64,000 bases of DNA from Alphaproteobacteria bacterium. GTDB taxonomy: Bacteria; Pseudomonadota; Alphaproteobacteria; RF32; CAG-239. The position numbers were made by a program, and so were the translations under genes. This document shows positions 38,859-48,170 of the stretch, piece after piece (position 1 is the stretch's first letter; every line of letters starts with the position of its first letter). Under the pieces are notes generated by a model. The model made no database searches. It saw nothing but the letters and a program-made list of their open reading frames with translations, and was not told where the DNA came from. The stretch is taken from the NCBI GenBank assembly GCA_017464685.1, contig JAFTYO010000022.1, forward strand, positions 2,836 through 66,835, given 5' to 3'.

Positions 38859-39209
38859 TCAGAGGTGCAGTCTTGCGAAAACTTTGTATTCATCTTTCGG
38901 ATTGGTAAAGAAGATTTCCTTAGGCTTATGCGTTACCGTAGAAATTCTCTCAGGACGAGGTATGGCAATCATTTCGCAATAATCATCTGTCATATTTTCT
39001 ATTGCCGACATTTCTGCTTTTAAATATCCTTCACCGCAAGTTCCAAAAAAATAAAAAACTTTGTCCTGATTATAATATCCGGCTTCAAAAAAATTCTCTT
39101 TTTCTTCTTCTGTCACACACCGCAAAATCTCCGTTTTATCATCTTTATAATAGCGCAGGGCATACTCATAAGCTTTGTTATCAGTACAAATATAATAAAC
39201 TTCAATCAT
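38859..39209 (-). CDS. small protein paralog B (116 aa)
   Basis: Shares the YY(I/L)C.D..AY.(Y/F)AL..Y...F..G(T/H)C..GYLK(A/M)E pattern with 39223..39570. Confidence 0.4.
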   Translation of the reverse strand: MIEVYYICTDNKAYEYALRYYKDDKTEILRCVTEEEKENFFEAGYYNQDKVFYFFGTCGEGYLKAEMSAIENMTDDYCEMIAIPRPERISTVTHKPKEIFFTNPKDEYKVFARLHL

Positions 39210-39222
39210 CGTCTTACCCTCG

Positions 39223-39570
39223 CTAATTTGTCCGTAAAATGTCCTTGTCGTTGATAATATAGCCTTCGATATATTCTTCTAACGGCTTGCCTGTAAGGCG
39301 AGATTTTTGAGCTCTGTAAGGTATGTAATAGCCTTCAAATTTTTCGGGATAAATTGTTAAAAATTTTTTGAGCTCCATTTTCAAATAGCCGTTGTGACAA
39401 TGTCCGAAAACATAAAATTTTTTATTTATATTTTCAAAAATGAGCCAACCGGCGGCATCTGTATCTTTCTGTATTTCACAAAATGCCACTTGAGTAAAAG
39501 TATCTGCATAATTTTTTAAGGCAAATTTATATGCTCTTTTGTCGCAGCATAAATAATATGTTTCTTTCAT
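39223..39570 (-). CDS. small protein paralog A (115 aa)
   Basis: Tandem paralog of 38859..39209, 14 nt upstream of it. Confidence 0.4.
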   Translation of the reverse strand: MKETYYLCCDKRAYKFALKNYADTFTQVAFCEIQKDTDAAGWLIFENINKKFYVFGHCHNGYLKMELKKFLTIYPEKFEGYYIPYRAQKSRLTGKPLEEYIEGYIINDKDILRTN

Positions 39571-39882
39571 TTTGTTAATCCTTATAAAAACTAAGCTGAT
39601 TTTCCCTTACATTTAAAATTATTAAAGAGATGTATGAATGTTATGAATTTTTGAGGCATTGTTTTATTTATTTTTCAACTACCGAGAAATTCTCGGCTGT
39701 TCAACTATCCGGAATTTCCGAACAGTTCGTTTTGCCTTAGAACTCGACTCATTATAGAATACATATTTTATAATAAGTCCTTATTTTTCAATGGCTTGAG
39801 AAATTCTGTTCTTGAACTTTTGTACGAACTCATTATAATTTATTTGTAAAATCAGATATTTATAATAAGTTTGGAGGTCAAA
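39571..39882. promoter_or_regulatory. 312-bp intergenic region with clustered palindromes, a candidate switch or operator
   Basis: Palindromes CCGAGAAATTCTCGG, CGGAATTTCCG and CGAACAGTTCG at 39682..39731. Short inverted repeats CTGATTTT/AAAATCAG lie near both ends (39596..39603 and 39849..39856). Confidence 0.35.
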
Positions 39883-40482
39883 ATGTCTATTGGTAAGCAA
39901 GCAAAAATCTTAAGCGACAAACAGCAAAATCTAACTCTGGCGCATTTAGAAACAACGCGCTATCCGTTACGCAATAAAATTATATTTTTACTCAGTTTCA
40001 AAGAAGGGCTGAGAGCCAAAGAAATTTCAAAGTTAGTTTGGGGTATGGTATGCAGTTCTGAGGGCAAAATTGCCGATGTCATTAATTTAAGCAACAACGC
40101 AAGCAAAGGTAAATACTCCGGCAGAATAATCCCTCTGCATAAAGAGTTGAAAATTTTACTGGCTGATTTGCTAGCTGAAAGGCAGAAAGATGAGTATTTC
40201 AATTTAGATAAGCCGGTTATTACGACCGAGCGAGGCGAGCATACGACGCCGCAAGTTATTGTCAATTTTTTCTATCACTTATATAAAACAATCGGCTTCA
40301 ACGGCTGTTCGTCACATAGCGGTCGCAGAACTTTTATTACAAATGCGGCAAAGCACATAAGTTTGGTCGGCGGCACATTGAACGATGTCAGATTACTTGC
40401 CGGTCACTCATCACTTGCTACCACCCAACGCTATATTGCTTACGACACCGAGGCTCAGAGAAGAATTGTAGAAATGAGCTAA
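39883..40482 (+). CDS. small tyrosine recombinase, FimB/FimE-sized and catalytic-domain only (~199 aa)
   Basis: Box I Arg (GLRAKEISKL), then HSGRRTF and LAGHSSLATTQRY (H-x-x-R...Y). There is no N-terminal arm-binding domain. RBS GGAGG lies before the ATG at 39883. Confidence 0.7.
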   Translation: MSIGKQAKILSDKQQNLTLAHLETTRYPLRNKIIFLLSFKEGLRAKEISKLVWGMVCSSEGKIADVINLSNNASKGKYSGRIIPLHKELKILLADLLAERQKDEYFNLDKPVITTERGEHTTPQVIVNFFYHLYKTIGFNGCSSHSGRRTFITNAAKHISLVGGTLNDVRLLAGHSSLATTQRYIAYDTEAQRRIVEMS

Positions 40483-40486
40483 CCAA

Positions 40487-41290
40487 CTAAGAAAATAAGT
40501 CCCCTTGAGCTTTAATTGGCGGATAAAATACCCCTGTAATTACAAAAGGGTTTCTGCTCTTTTTTAAATGATTATCATAAGTTGTTCCTAAAAACAAATA
40601 AATGTCTTTGTTCTTTACGAATCCCATGTATTTATCTTTGACTGCTTGACAAGCTTTTTCTTCATTATTTTCTTTTTTCATTATGTTCAAATATAATTGA
40701 GGTGCCTCCCAATCTTCAATCATAAGTTTGGATTCTACATCTTCATCATCTTCAAAAATATAGGAAAATACATATGGTATTTTAGGCATTAACACAAATT
40801 CTTTAGCTTCTTCGAAAAGGCTTTCTTGTTTAGCTTTATTTTTTATAAATTCAACTTTTTCTTTTGGCCATTCTCTGTCTGTAGGTTTTATATTAAATCC
40901 TGTAATCTTTGATGGCTTAAATGTAGCCAAAGAAAGTTTATTGTTTTGGGCTAAATCTATAATTTCTTTTTTATTTGTATATATTTTTGTTTTAAACACA
41001 AAATTCTTGCGTTCTTGCCACGCATTCTCTGTTCCTAATTTATTTAATAATTTAATGCTATCAACATTTGTAGGATTCAATGATTCAGGTCTAGGGTCAG
41101 CTGTTCGTTTTATTAAATCTAGTTCTATCCATTGATATTTACTATATTGCGTATATAATTTCCTGTATGGTACAGGATAAATGCGAATCCAATTTCCATT
41201 TTCGTCAATTCCTGCAGTACATACCGTTTCATCATATTTATTTGATAATGTAGGATAAGTTTTAACTGTTATCAAAACTTTCTTTTTCAT
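40487..41290 (-). CDS. hypothetical protein (267 aa), downstream partner of the DUF488 fusion gene
   Basis: Its start is 1 nt after the upstream stop. No motif recognised. Confidence 0.4.
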   Translation of the reverse strand: MKKKVLITVKTYPTLSNKYDETVCTAGIDENGNWIRIYPVPYRKLYTQYSKYQWIELDLIKRTADPRPESLNPTNVDSIKLLNKLGTENAWQERKNFVFKTKIYTNKKEIIDLAQNNKLSLATFKPSKITGFNIKPTDREWPKEKVEFIKNKAKQESLFEEAKEFVLMPKIPYVFSYIFEDDEDVESKLMIEDWEAPQLYLNIMKKENNEEKACQAVKDKYMGFVKNKDIYLFLGTTYDNHLKKSRNPFVITGVFYPPIKAQGDLFS

Positions 41291-41291
41291 C

Positions 41292-42188
41292 TTAAATATG
41301 CTCCAAAACCAAAGCCTTTTGCATTTTTACAAGAGCATTGGCAACTCTTGCGCGATGACACATATGATAATCTGCTTCGAAACAAGTTAATGCAACTCTT
41401 CTGTATTCTTTAATCAAATTTAAAATTTTATTCAAATAAAGTTCGCTATGAGCAAGAGTTGTTTTTTCATAATGGCTAAATAATTTTTCATAATCAGCCA
41501 TTGTGTTTAGTTCAATACGTTGTTCCGATTCGATGCCAAGTTGCGGAATATTAATATATTTAATGCCTACTCGTTCAATTAAATTTTGCATAGAAGATTT
41601 AGAAAAGCCATATTTCCTACTTATAGGATTTCTTCTTACATCGCACACCAGTTTTATGTTGTTTTTTATCAGTTTGTTTATATAAGCATCGACACTATTT
41701 GCTTCATACCCTATAGTAAACAACCTTTTTTCGTTTGACACATCTAGGGTATATCTGTCTTGCGTGGGAAATATTCTGTTATAAATTTCACTATTTATAG
41801 TATAATAAGGGTATCTTTCATATACATACCGAATTAAATCATCGCCCTTATATTTCGAATATATCTCCTTAAATTTTACAATTTTGTTCCTATCATTAGC
41901 ATCTAATAAAGAAATATAGTCTGTATCATTATCTGTTAATTTTAAGTTTTCAGAATAGGTTAAGTAATTAGATGCTTCTAAATTTCGCAAATCAGCATAA
42001 GACTGAAAAGAAAAGCAACCATATTTATATGGCACAAAATCATAATCTCTTTTTCCATCTGGCTGGCAGATTTGTGTATAAAGAAATAAATATTTTTGAA
42101 AATCAGTACGCTCTAATTCACCACCAAAAGCGTTCAATAATGCCAACATTAACTTTTGTCTGTAAAACATATCTTTTCCTAACAACAT
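41292..42188 (-). CDS. two-domain protein: N-terminal Panacea(DUF4065)-like region plus C-terminal DUF488 domain (298 aa)
   Basis: The C-terminal block LFTIGYEANSVDAYINKLIKNNIKLVCDVRRNPISRKYGFSK...GIKYINIPQLG matches the DUF488 consensus. The N-terminal RQKLMLALL...FVPYKYGCF weakly resembles Panacea/SocA. Confidence 0.5.
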   Translation of the reverse strand: MLLGKDMFYRQKLMLALLNAFGGELERTDFQKYLFLYTQICQPDGKRDYDFVPYKYGCFSFQSYADLRNLEASNYLTYSENLKLTDNDTDYISLLDANDRNKIVKFKEIYSKYKGDDLIRYVYERYPYYTINSEIYNRIFPTQDRYTLDVSNEKRLFTIGYEANSVDAYINKLIKNNIKLVCDVRRNPISRKYGFSKSSMQNLIERVGIKYINIPQLGIESEQRIELNTMADYEKLFSHYEKTTLAHSELYLNKILNLIKEYRRVALTCFEADYHMCHRARVANALVKMQKALVLEHI

Positions 42189-42432
42189 TAAAAGTTATAT
42201 AATATTTATACTTAATTTATCAAGTTTTATATCAAGTATATCCTATACAATATTTATTTCTGTTTTCTTAATCTAGTCAAATTTTATAATAATATTTATA
42301 CTAAAAAACATACCATAAATTTTATATATTATTTTTTATATATATTTTCCCTCGGTCAACATATGCTTAACTTCTTCTATAGCTATTATATCATCGTCTG
42401 TAAATGTTCTAATAATATCGAGTGAAGACGAC

Positions 42433-42476
42433 CAACACTAAAAAGCCACCCTTTATGGGTGGTTTTTTAGTGTTGA
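42433..42476. terminator. long perfect hairpin (19-bp stem), bidirectional terminator-like
   Basis: CAACACTAAAAAGCCACCC-TTTA-TGGGTGGTTTTTAGTGTTG. Confidence 0.5.
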
Positions 42477-43088
42477 ATGCATTTGCATTAGGTTCGAACT
42501 AGCGAAAAAGCCATTTGAATACAATCGAAGGGCGGACGGAAGTATGCGGTTCATCGTCAAATTATGGGGCAAGCTACCCATAGTCATTCCCCCAATAAGT
42601 AATAATAGAACCAATACCTATTATTGATAACATCACGCAAGCAAATAAAAAATCTCCTGTTGTAAGCATAACACAAAATTTTAATGGTTATTTACTTTTT
42701 TGTTTTCAATGAATTCCAGACATTGCTAATGTTGGTAATAGGGGTAATCTCAACCCTTTCGCCTTTTATTTCAGCGACTACCGGTAAACCCGTTTTTGAG
42801 CTTAAGGCTTTCATTTCTAACAAAATTTGATTGATGCAGACTCCTCTAATAGGCACTATAGTTACTGCGTTGAAACATTTAAACATAGTAATTCGTAATT
42901 TTAAGTAAAACATCATAATTTCAAATAGTGGGCAGATGATAATCTATTTTATTGTAAAATTCAAACATTTTAATTTTTGCAATAATAGTTTCTTTTAACT
43001 TTGCCACTACACCTGATAAAAATATGTGTTGACGAAAAATGTTTTTTTCTATATCATTATCTTAATTATAATGAATTTAAGGAGAAAG

Positions 43089-43991
43089 GTAATGTCTAAT
43101 ATTTTGGCAAATGCACAAGCAATGCGTTTTTTAAATGAACTTGGTTTAGACGGATATAAACTGAATCATGATTATGTGGTGATTCCTACCGGTGTTAAGT
43201 TTGTTTTTTCTCATGGCGGTAAAGAATATTTCCCTAATGAGGCACATTACTATCGCCCAAATACAGAAAAAGGAGCTGATTATACAAGTGGAGTTGGCGT
43301 TATTTCTCCTGCAAATGGGAAATTTGACATATACACTTGTAATCTTGAAATGGTTGAACAAGCACAGAAGGCTATGCATGGTGCTTCTAATTCTATACCT
43401 GTTAGATTTTATAAAGGCGGCCGTGATGTATGTTTTGATGATCAAACGATAAACGACACTTTTGATGCAATGTTCGAAAGACAACATCAAGAGCGCCTGA
43501 ATAAAGAAGATAAACAAGCATATGATGATGCTACTAAAAATACAGAGAAAGCCAAAGCCTTATTGGAAAAACTGGGACTGGAAGGGTTTGAAGAAGGCAC
43601 AAATTATGTTATTATAGCAAACGGTGAACCATATCATGCATGGGATAGTTGGGAAAACAAAACTGGTCAACAGGGATATATTAATTTGGAACGCTTAGGA
43701 TATGAAAAAGACGGACGCATCTGCAGTTCTTATAATGGAGGCGCCATGACCATTTATGACGGAAAATCAGACTTTATCATATTAACAACCGATACAAAAA
43801 TGATGGATATGGTTAAAACATCTAAAACCGGAGGTTGGGTACCATGTTATAATGCCGGAAGAGAAGTTATTTTTGATAATAAATATGTTGAATATAATTT
43901 TTCTGGCATGATTGGACATACAGATAATATGATTAAACAGGCAGAGAAAAAGCAATTCATGCAACAAAAAAACAATGCATATGAACCCTAA
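43089..43991 (+). CDS. hypothetical protein (~300 aa) with an internal duplication
   Basis: RBS AAGGAGAAAGG before the ATG at 43089. Two similar segments occur (LNELGLDGYKLNHDYVVIPTG and LEKLGLEGFEEGTNYVIIANG). Confidence 0.4.
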   Translation, partial: VMSNILANAQAMRFLNELGLDGYKLNHDYVVIPTGVKFVFSHGGKEYFPNEAHYYRPNTEKGADYTSGVGVISPANGKFDIYTCNLEMVEQAQKAMHGASNSIPVRFYKGGRDVCFDDQTINDTFDAMFERQHQERLNKEDKQAYDDATKNTEKAKALLEKLGLEGFEEGTNYVIIANGEPYHAWDSWENKTGQQGYINLERLGYEKDGRICSSYNGGAMTIYDGKSDFIILTTDTKMMDMVKTSKTGGWVPCYNAGREVIFDNKYVEYNFSGMIGHTDNMIKQAEKKQFMQQKNNAYEP

Positions 43992-44159
43992 TAATAAAAA
44001 ACTGCTCAATATAGAGTTGTTAAATTAAACTTCTAAAAGTCGTCATTTTTGGCGACTTTTTTGCATATAAAAAACCTTCAAGAAACTTTTTATTTTAAGA
44101 TTTGTTAGGATCTGAGCTGATTTTATTGCAGATATTTTCTAAAAATCAATATATCATAA

Positions 44160-45476
44160 TTACCGTTCATTCAAGTCTTTAAAACTTCTAACTTTTTCAA
44201 CATTGTCATTATTATAATTTGCCTGATTATTATCTTTTTCAGCAGAAGATGAACTCTTCATATCTTTATTATGATTAATTTTATCTACCAATCGTCTATG
44301 CGTTTGCCATTCTTCCTCCGTGTATGCATTAAATTTATCAGCTTTTAACATAACTAATGAAGATACCTCCCACCCCTCCAAATAATTTTTATATTTTTCC
44401 CAATTATCAGGATCATTAACATAGATACAATCATAATCTTTCTGTAATGCTTCAATATCAATTACGTTATCACTAAGTCTAGATACACAACTATATGGAG
44501 CCAAATCTTCAAAAGATTCCACAACTAAACAACGGCTGTCTTTTGTAGGCTCTACATAGTAAAAGCTAGCGCCTTTAGCATAAGGGTTGTAATGTGTTTT
44601 GCTCCAATTATACCATTGAGAATATCCGTTTTCTATTTTAGGAGAAGCCCATAATCCACCCCAAAACTTATTACTACCTTTAAATTCTCGAAGTTCTTTA
44701 AATTTTTCAACACAAGGCTTTTCCTGTCCCATAAAAATAAACTCTAAATTAGGCAATATGTCACAACGTGGTTCTAATTGCACAATTGGTTTACCTGTAA
44801 AATTTTGGATACGATTTGTAACTTCAGGATATTGTTTAGCCATTCTTGATAATAAAGAATTTGCTCTAATGTGTGAAGACTTATCATTGTTAGGATATTG
44901 ATATATACTTTCCATAATGTCTAATACTTTATGCCGTAGATTTGGGTTTTTATCAATTATGATATCCAAAACAGAATACATCATTTTAAGAGAATTCGCA
45001 TCAAAACGTTGTATTGGTAAACGAGGAAGTATATTAATTACATTAAGGCAATTTGCTTTATCTTGTTGTATAGATTTTTTTATTGTGTTTAGACAAGTAT
45101 AATCAAAAAACTCACCCTTTTCATCATGACAAAACTTAACAAATTGAGATTGCAGATTAAGTTTCGGATCTAAACAACATCTTGTAAAATCCTCTACAAT
45201 TGTTGCATAATATTTTTTATGAAAATCACTATCTTTTGAACAAACATATAACAAAGAATCTAATAAGCTATCTTTCAGATGTTGCGGACTTTTTTCAAGA
45301 CAGTGAATAAAACCCTTTTCTAATGAATATAGTATATCCTCACTTGATGTATTATATATTTTGGGACATTCTGGAGCTATAGCTATTTTATCTATTGTGT
45401 TGTTTAATATTGTTAAAGTTAAAGAAGCTCCTGCAATATTTTGATTTGACAACTCTATTTTAATATTGTCCATCAA
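44160..45476 (-). CDS. hypothetical protein (438 aa)
   Basis: ORF only. Separated from the upstream 108-aa ORF by a frame change at a homopolymer-rich spot. Confidence 0.35.
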   Translation of the reverse strand: MMDNIKIELSNQNIAGASLTLTILNNTIDKIAIAPECPKIYNTSSEDILYSLEKGFIHCLEKSPQHLKDSLLDSLLYVCSKDSDFHKKYYATIVEDFTRCCLDPKLNLQSQFVKFCHDEKGEFFDYTCLNTIKKSIQQDKANCLNVINILPRLPIQRFDANSLKMMYSVLDIIIDKNPNLRHKVLDIMESIYQYPNNDKSSHIRANSLLSRMAKQYPEVTNRIQNFTGKPIVQLEPRCDILPNLEFIFMGQEKPCVEKFKELREFKGSNKFWGGLWASPKIENGYSQWYNWSKTHYNPYAKGASFYYVEPTKDSRCLVVESFEDLAPYSCVSRLSDNVIDIEALQKDYDCIYVNDPDNWEKYKNYLEGWEVSSLVMLKADKFNAYTEEEWQTHRRLVDKINHNKDMKSSSSAEKDNNQANYNNDNVEKVRSFKDLNER

Positions 45477-45496
45477 AATCTCAGGTATTTGTTTTT

Positions 45497-45823
45497 TTAG
45501 GTAATTGTATGATTCCTCTTCTTTGTTAAAGAACAGCGGACATCCTGCTTCAAAAATTTTTTACATATTTCTAATGTTTGTTCCTTAGTAGTTTCATCAG
45601 AAAGACGCTTTAATATAAATGAACGAAGTTCTCTATACCTTTTACTAGGCTGATAATATCCTAAGTACTCACCCATCTTCCCATCCATTTTTTCCAAAAT
45701 AGGAGGTGAAAACAATTTATCACAAAAAATCAGCCGGGCTTCACGAGTTGTTGGCTGCGGTTGTCCAGTTAATGAATATGAAATTTTATCCCAAGTTTGT
45801 TCTACTGTATCTTCATAAAACAT
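45497..45823 (-). CDS. hypothetical protein (108 aa), possibly the 5' fragment of a gene split from 44160..45476
   Basis: Its stop is 20 nt from the next start in another frame. Confidence 0.25.
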   Translation of the reverse strand: MFYEDTVEQTWDKISYSLTGQPQPTTREARLIFCDKLFSPPILEKMDGKMGEYLGYYQPSKRYRELRSFILKRLSDETTKEQTLEICKKFLKQDVRCSLTKKRNHTIT

Positions 45824-46002
45824 AAATAATCCTACAACATGACAGCTATTCTATCATACGCCTTATATTTTGTCAACATATAAGTTGTTGACCGCTGAAT
45901 TTATATTTCCTTCTTATCTGGAATTTTAAACTGTGTTTTAATATGTATTTACTTTATCTAAAAATGATGTTATTATAAGGCATAGAATTTGGGAGAAAAA
46001 TA

Positions 46003-46767
46003 ATGTCAGATATAAAAGATAGAATAAATAAGACACTTATTAAGTTGGGTATTGCTACCGCCACAATACTCCCTATCAGCAATGCAAATGCACGTACTGA
46101 AACTCCAAAAGATGATATTAGAGCAGATAAAATCGAAAGAGCTGATTTCTCACAAGTACAGGATATAATTCATGAGAATGAAGGGGACAGCATATTATCT
46201 GATATGAATAGGCAAGTTTTCAGATTAGTAGATAAAAATGGCATAATGGAACATTATCAAAAAGAATATAATCGAAAAGATATACTTGATAATGGTTATA
46301 TGATGACGCATAACGATTATACATACCACAAAAATGGCAAAACAAAAGACCATGACCAAGATTTAGTTTTGCATACCCCTGACGGTAGACAACTTGATTG
46401 TAGTTTTTTAAATAAATTTGATTTTATAGCTGTTGGTACTGTTACTGACGTAACCACAGGCGAGACACAAATACGAACACCTGAATTTGTCGAGGCCAAA
46501 AATGCTCTCACTGAAAAGAAAGCTAAAATTGAGACAATGAAACGGATTAAGGATCCAAATGATCGCAAAGCTATAGAACAGTATGTCAGCAGAATAAGAT
46601 ACGAACTGGATAATTTTATCGGTAGTGAACATACCACTAAAGTTTCATCACGTTTTTCAGAAGAAAGACAAAGTATTACCGCATCAGCAGAAAAAGTAAA
46701 TAAAGCGACCAAAGAATTTCAAACGATGGCTAAAAAACAAGTGAGATCATTTGAAGGTAGACATTAG
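46003..46767 (+). CDS. hypothetical secreted protein (254 aa)
   Basis: N-terminal signal-peptide-like segment (LIKLGIATATILPISNANA). Confidence 0.4.
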   Translation: MSDIKDRINKTLIKLGIATATILPISNANARTETPKDDIRADKIERADFSQVQDIIHENEGDSILSDMNRQVFRLVDKNGIMEHYQKEYNRKDILDNGYMMTHNDYTYHKNGKTKDHDQDLVLHTPDGRQLDCSFLNKFDFIAVGTVTDVTTGETQIRTPEFVEAKNALTEKKAKIETMKRIKDPNDRKAIEQYVSRIRYELDNFIGSEHTTKVSSRFSEERQSITASAEKVNKATKEFQTMAKKQVRSFEGRH

Positions 46768-46929
46768 TACAACTCAACACTTATGAATAGTTAGCACTAA
46801 TTACAGTCACTACAAGTGTATTTTTCATTGATTAAGGTTCCATAAAGGTATAAATAAAAATATCATTTGACACATTAATATTCATTATTTTATGATATTA
46901 ATCAGAGTAAAATAATATGAGGCAATGAT

Positions 46930-47982
46930 ATGACTTTTGATATTTCCAAATTTATTAAAGTAAACCAAGCATATTTTATTTGGGCAACTTTTATGGGACT
47001 ATTATACTTGTTCAGAGATATGTTCGGCCTTGTTTTTATTACATTTATTATGTGCTTTATTGTTTCAGGAATAACTACATTTATTCGTCAAAAACACCAC
47101 ATAAATCGTAGAGCCATAATTGTAGCTATTTATATTTTATTTTTAATCGGAGTTATTGCTTTTTTAACGATTATACCACAACGTCTTCTTTCTGAGGCAA
47201 TATCATTTACGGATCAATTACCAAATAGCATAAAGTCAACTAAAGAATGGCTAAATGTTCATTTTGCCGACAATGAATTTATATTTCCTTTATTGCCGCA
47301 AATAAAAGAAGCTTTGTTTCCTGACACTATTGTTGTCAGTGTATGGAATGTGGTTAGAGGAATTTTGGAAAAAGGGTTACATTATTTTGGTTGGTTTTTC
47401 TTGGCTATGCTATTTAGTTTTTTGATTATGTTTGATTTACCACATCTTTCAAAAGGAGTAAAAAATTTAAAATATACTAAACTTGCAGATTCCTATCAGG
47501 AAACAGCAGATAGTATATTGTTGTTTGCCAAGGTTGTAGGAGAAAACTTTCGTGCTCAACTGTTTATATCTACCGTCAACACATGCCTGACAGCCATTTG
47601 CCTTTATGCTTTAGATATCAAAGCAATAGCTCTGTTATGTACTATTGTGTTTATGTGCGGATTAATTCCGGTTTTAGGTATGATTATATCTTCAGTACCA
47701 ATTATCCTAATGGCTGTAAATACGGGTGGAATGGAACTGGGATTTTGGGCTATTGTTATGATAATCGGCATACATATGTTTGAAACATATGTGTTAAATC
47801 CCAGAATCGTATCTTCAATCATGCGTATTAATCCTGTTATGACACTCATTATTTTATATATTGCACATAGTGTTATCGGTATGTGGGGAATGTTGCTTGG
47901 TGTTCCAATTGCAGTGTATATATACAGAAAAATAAGTTTACCTAAAAGAAAAATAAGTTTACCGCGAAAAAACCGAGAATAA
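46930..47982 (+). CDS. AI-2E family transporter (PerM/UPF0118-like)
   Basis: 8-TM topology with the GLIPVLG and FETYVLNPR blocks. The C-terminus carries a tandem 21-bp duplication (KISLPKRK/KISLPRKN). Confidence 0.7.
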   Translation: MTFDISKFIKVNQAYFIWATFMGLLYLFRDMFGLVFITFIMCFIVSGITTFIRQKHHINRRAIIVAIYILFLIGVIAFLTIIPQRLLSEAISFTDQLPNSIKSTKEWLNVHFADNEFIFPLLPQIKEALFPDTIVVSVWNVVRGILEKGLHYFGWFFLAMLFSFLIMFDLPHLSKGVKNLKYTKLADSYQETADSILLFAKVVGENFRAQLFISTVNTCLTAICLYALDIKAIALLCTIVFMCGLIPVLGMIISSVPIILMAVNTGGMELGFWAIVMIIGIHMFETYVLNPRIVSSIMRINPVMTLIILYIAHSVIGMWGMLLGVPIAVYIYRKISLPKRKISLPRKNRE

Positions 47983-48039
47983 AAAATCAGCAATACAACC
48001 ACATAATATTTTCTCAACTACGGAATATTCCATTCATCA

Positions 48040-48170
48040 TATCTGATTTAAACACCTTTAAAGACTCTTTTTACTTGCAAAAAAAAAAAACGGTTTATGA
48101 TGCGACCTGAGAGGCTAATTTTTGACCTTTCAAGTACATTTAAACTTAATTTTTGTAAAGGATATAAATT
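48040..48170 (+). promoter_or_regulatory. conserved upstream region U1 of the SCPU-like family, with a 12-A tract (48079..48090) after TTGCAA
   Basis: GACTCTTTTTACTTGCA-A(n)-CGGTTTATGATGCGA... is shared with 49905..50034 and 56540..56671. Confidence 0.5.

Larger units (their letters stand above)
24288..42503. mobile_element. putative integrative element or accessory island anchored at tRNA-Pro (boundaries uncertain)
   Basis: Serine recombinase at the tRNA, then exclusively accessory genes. An inverted fragment of the tRNA-Pro T-arm lies at 42488..42503. Confidence 0.3.

Noticed and set aside
42200-42360. Direct repeats ATAATATTTATACT at about 42210 and 42291 as iterons
   Set aside because: There are only two copies in an extremely AT-rich spacer, which could be chance, and no associated rep gene was identified.
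47604-48017. 137-aa minus-strand ORF
   Set aside because: Entirely antisense to the well-supported AI-2E transporter gene.
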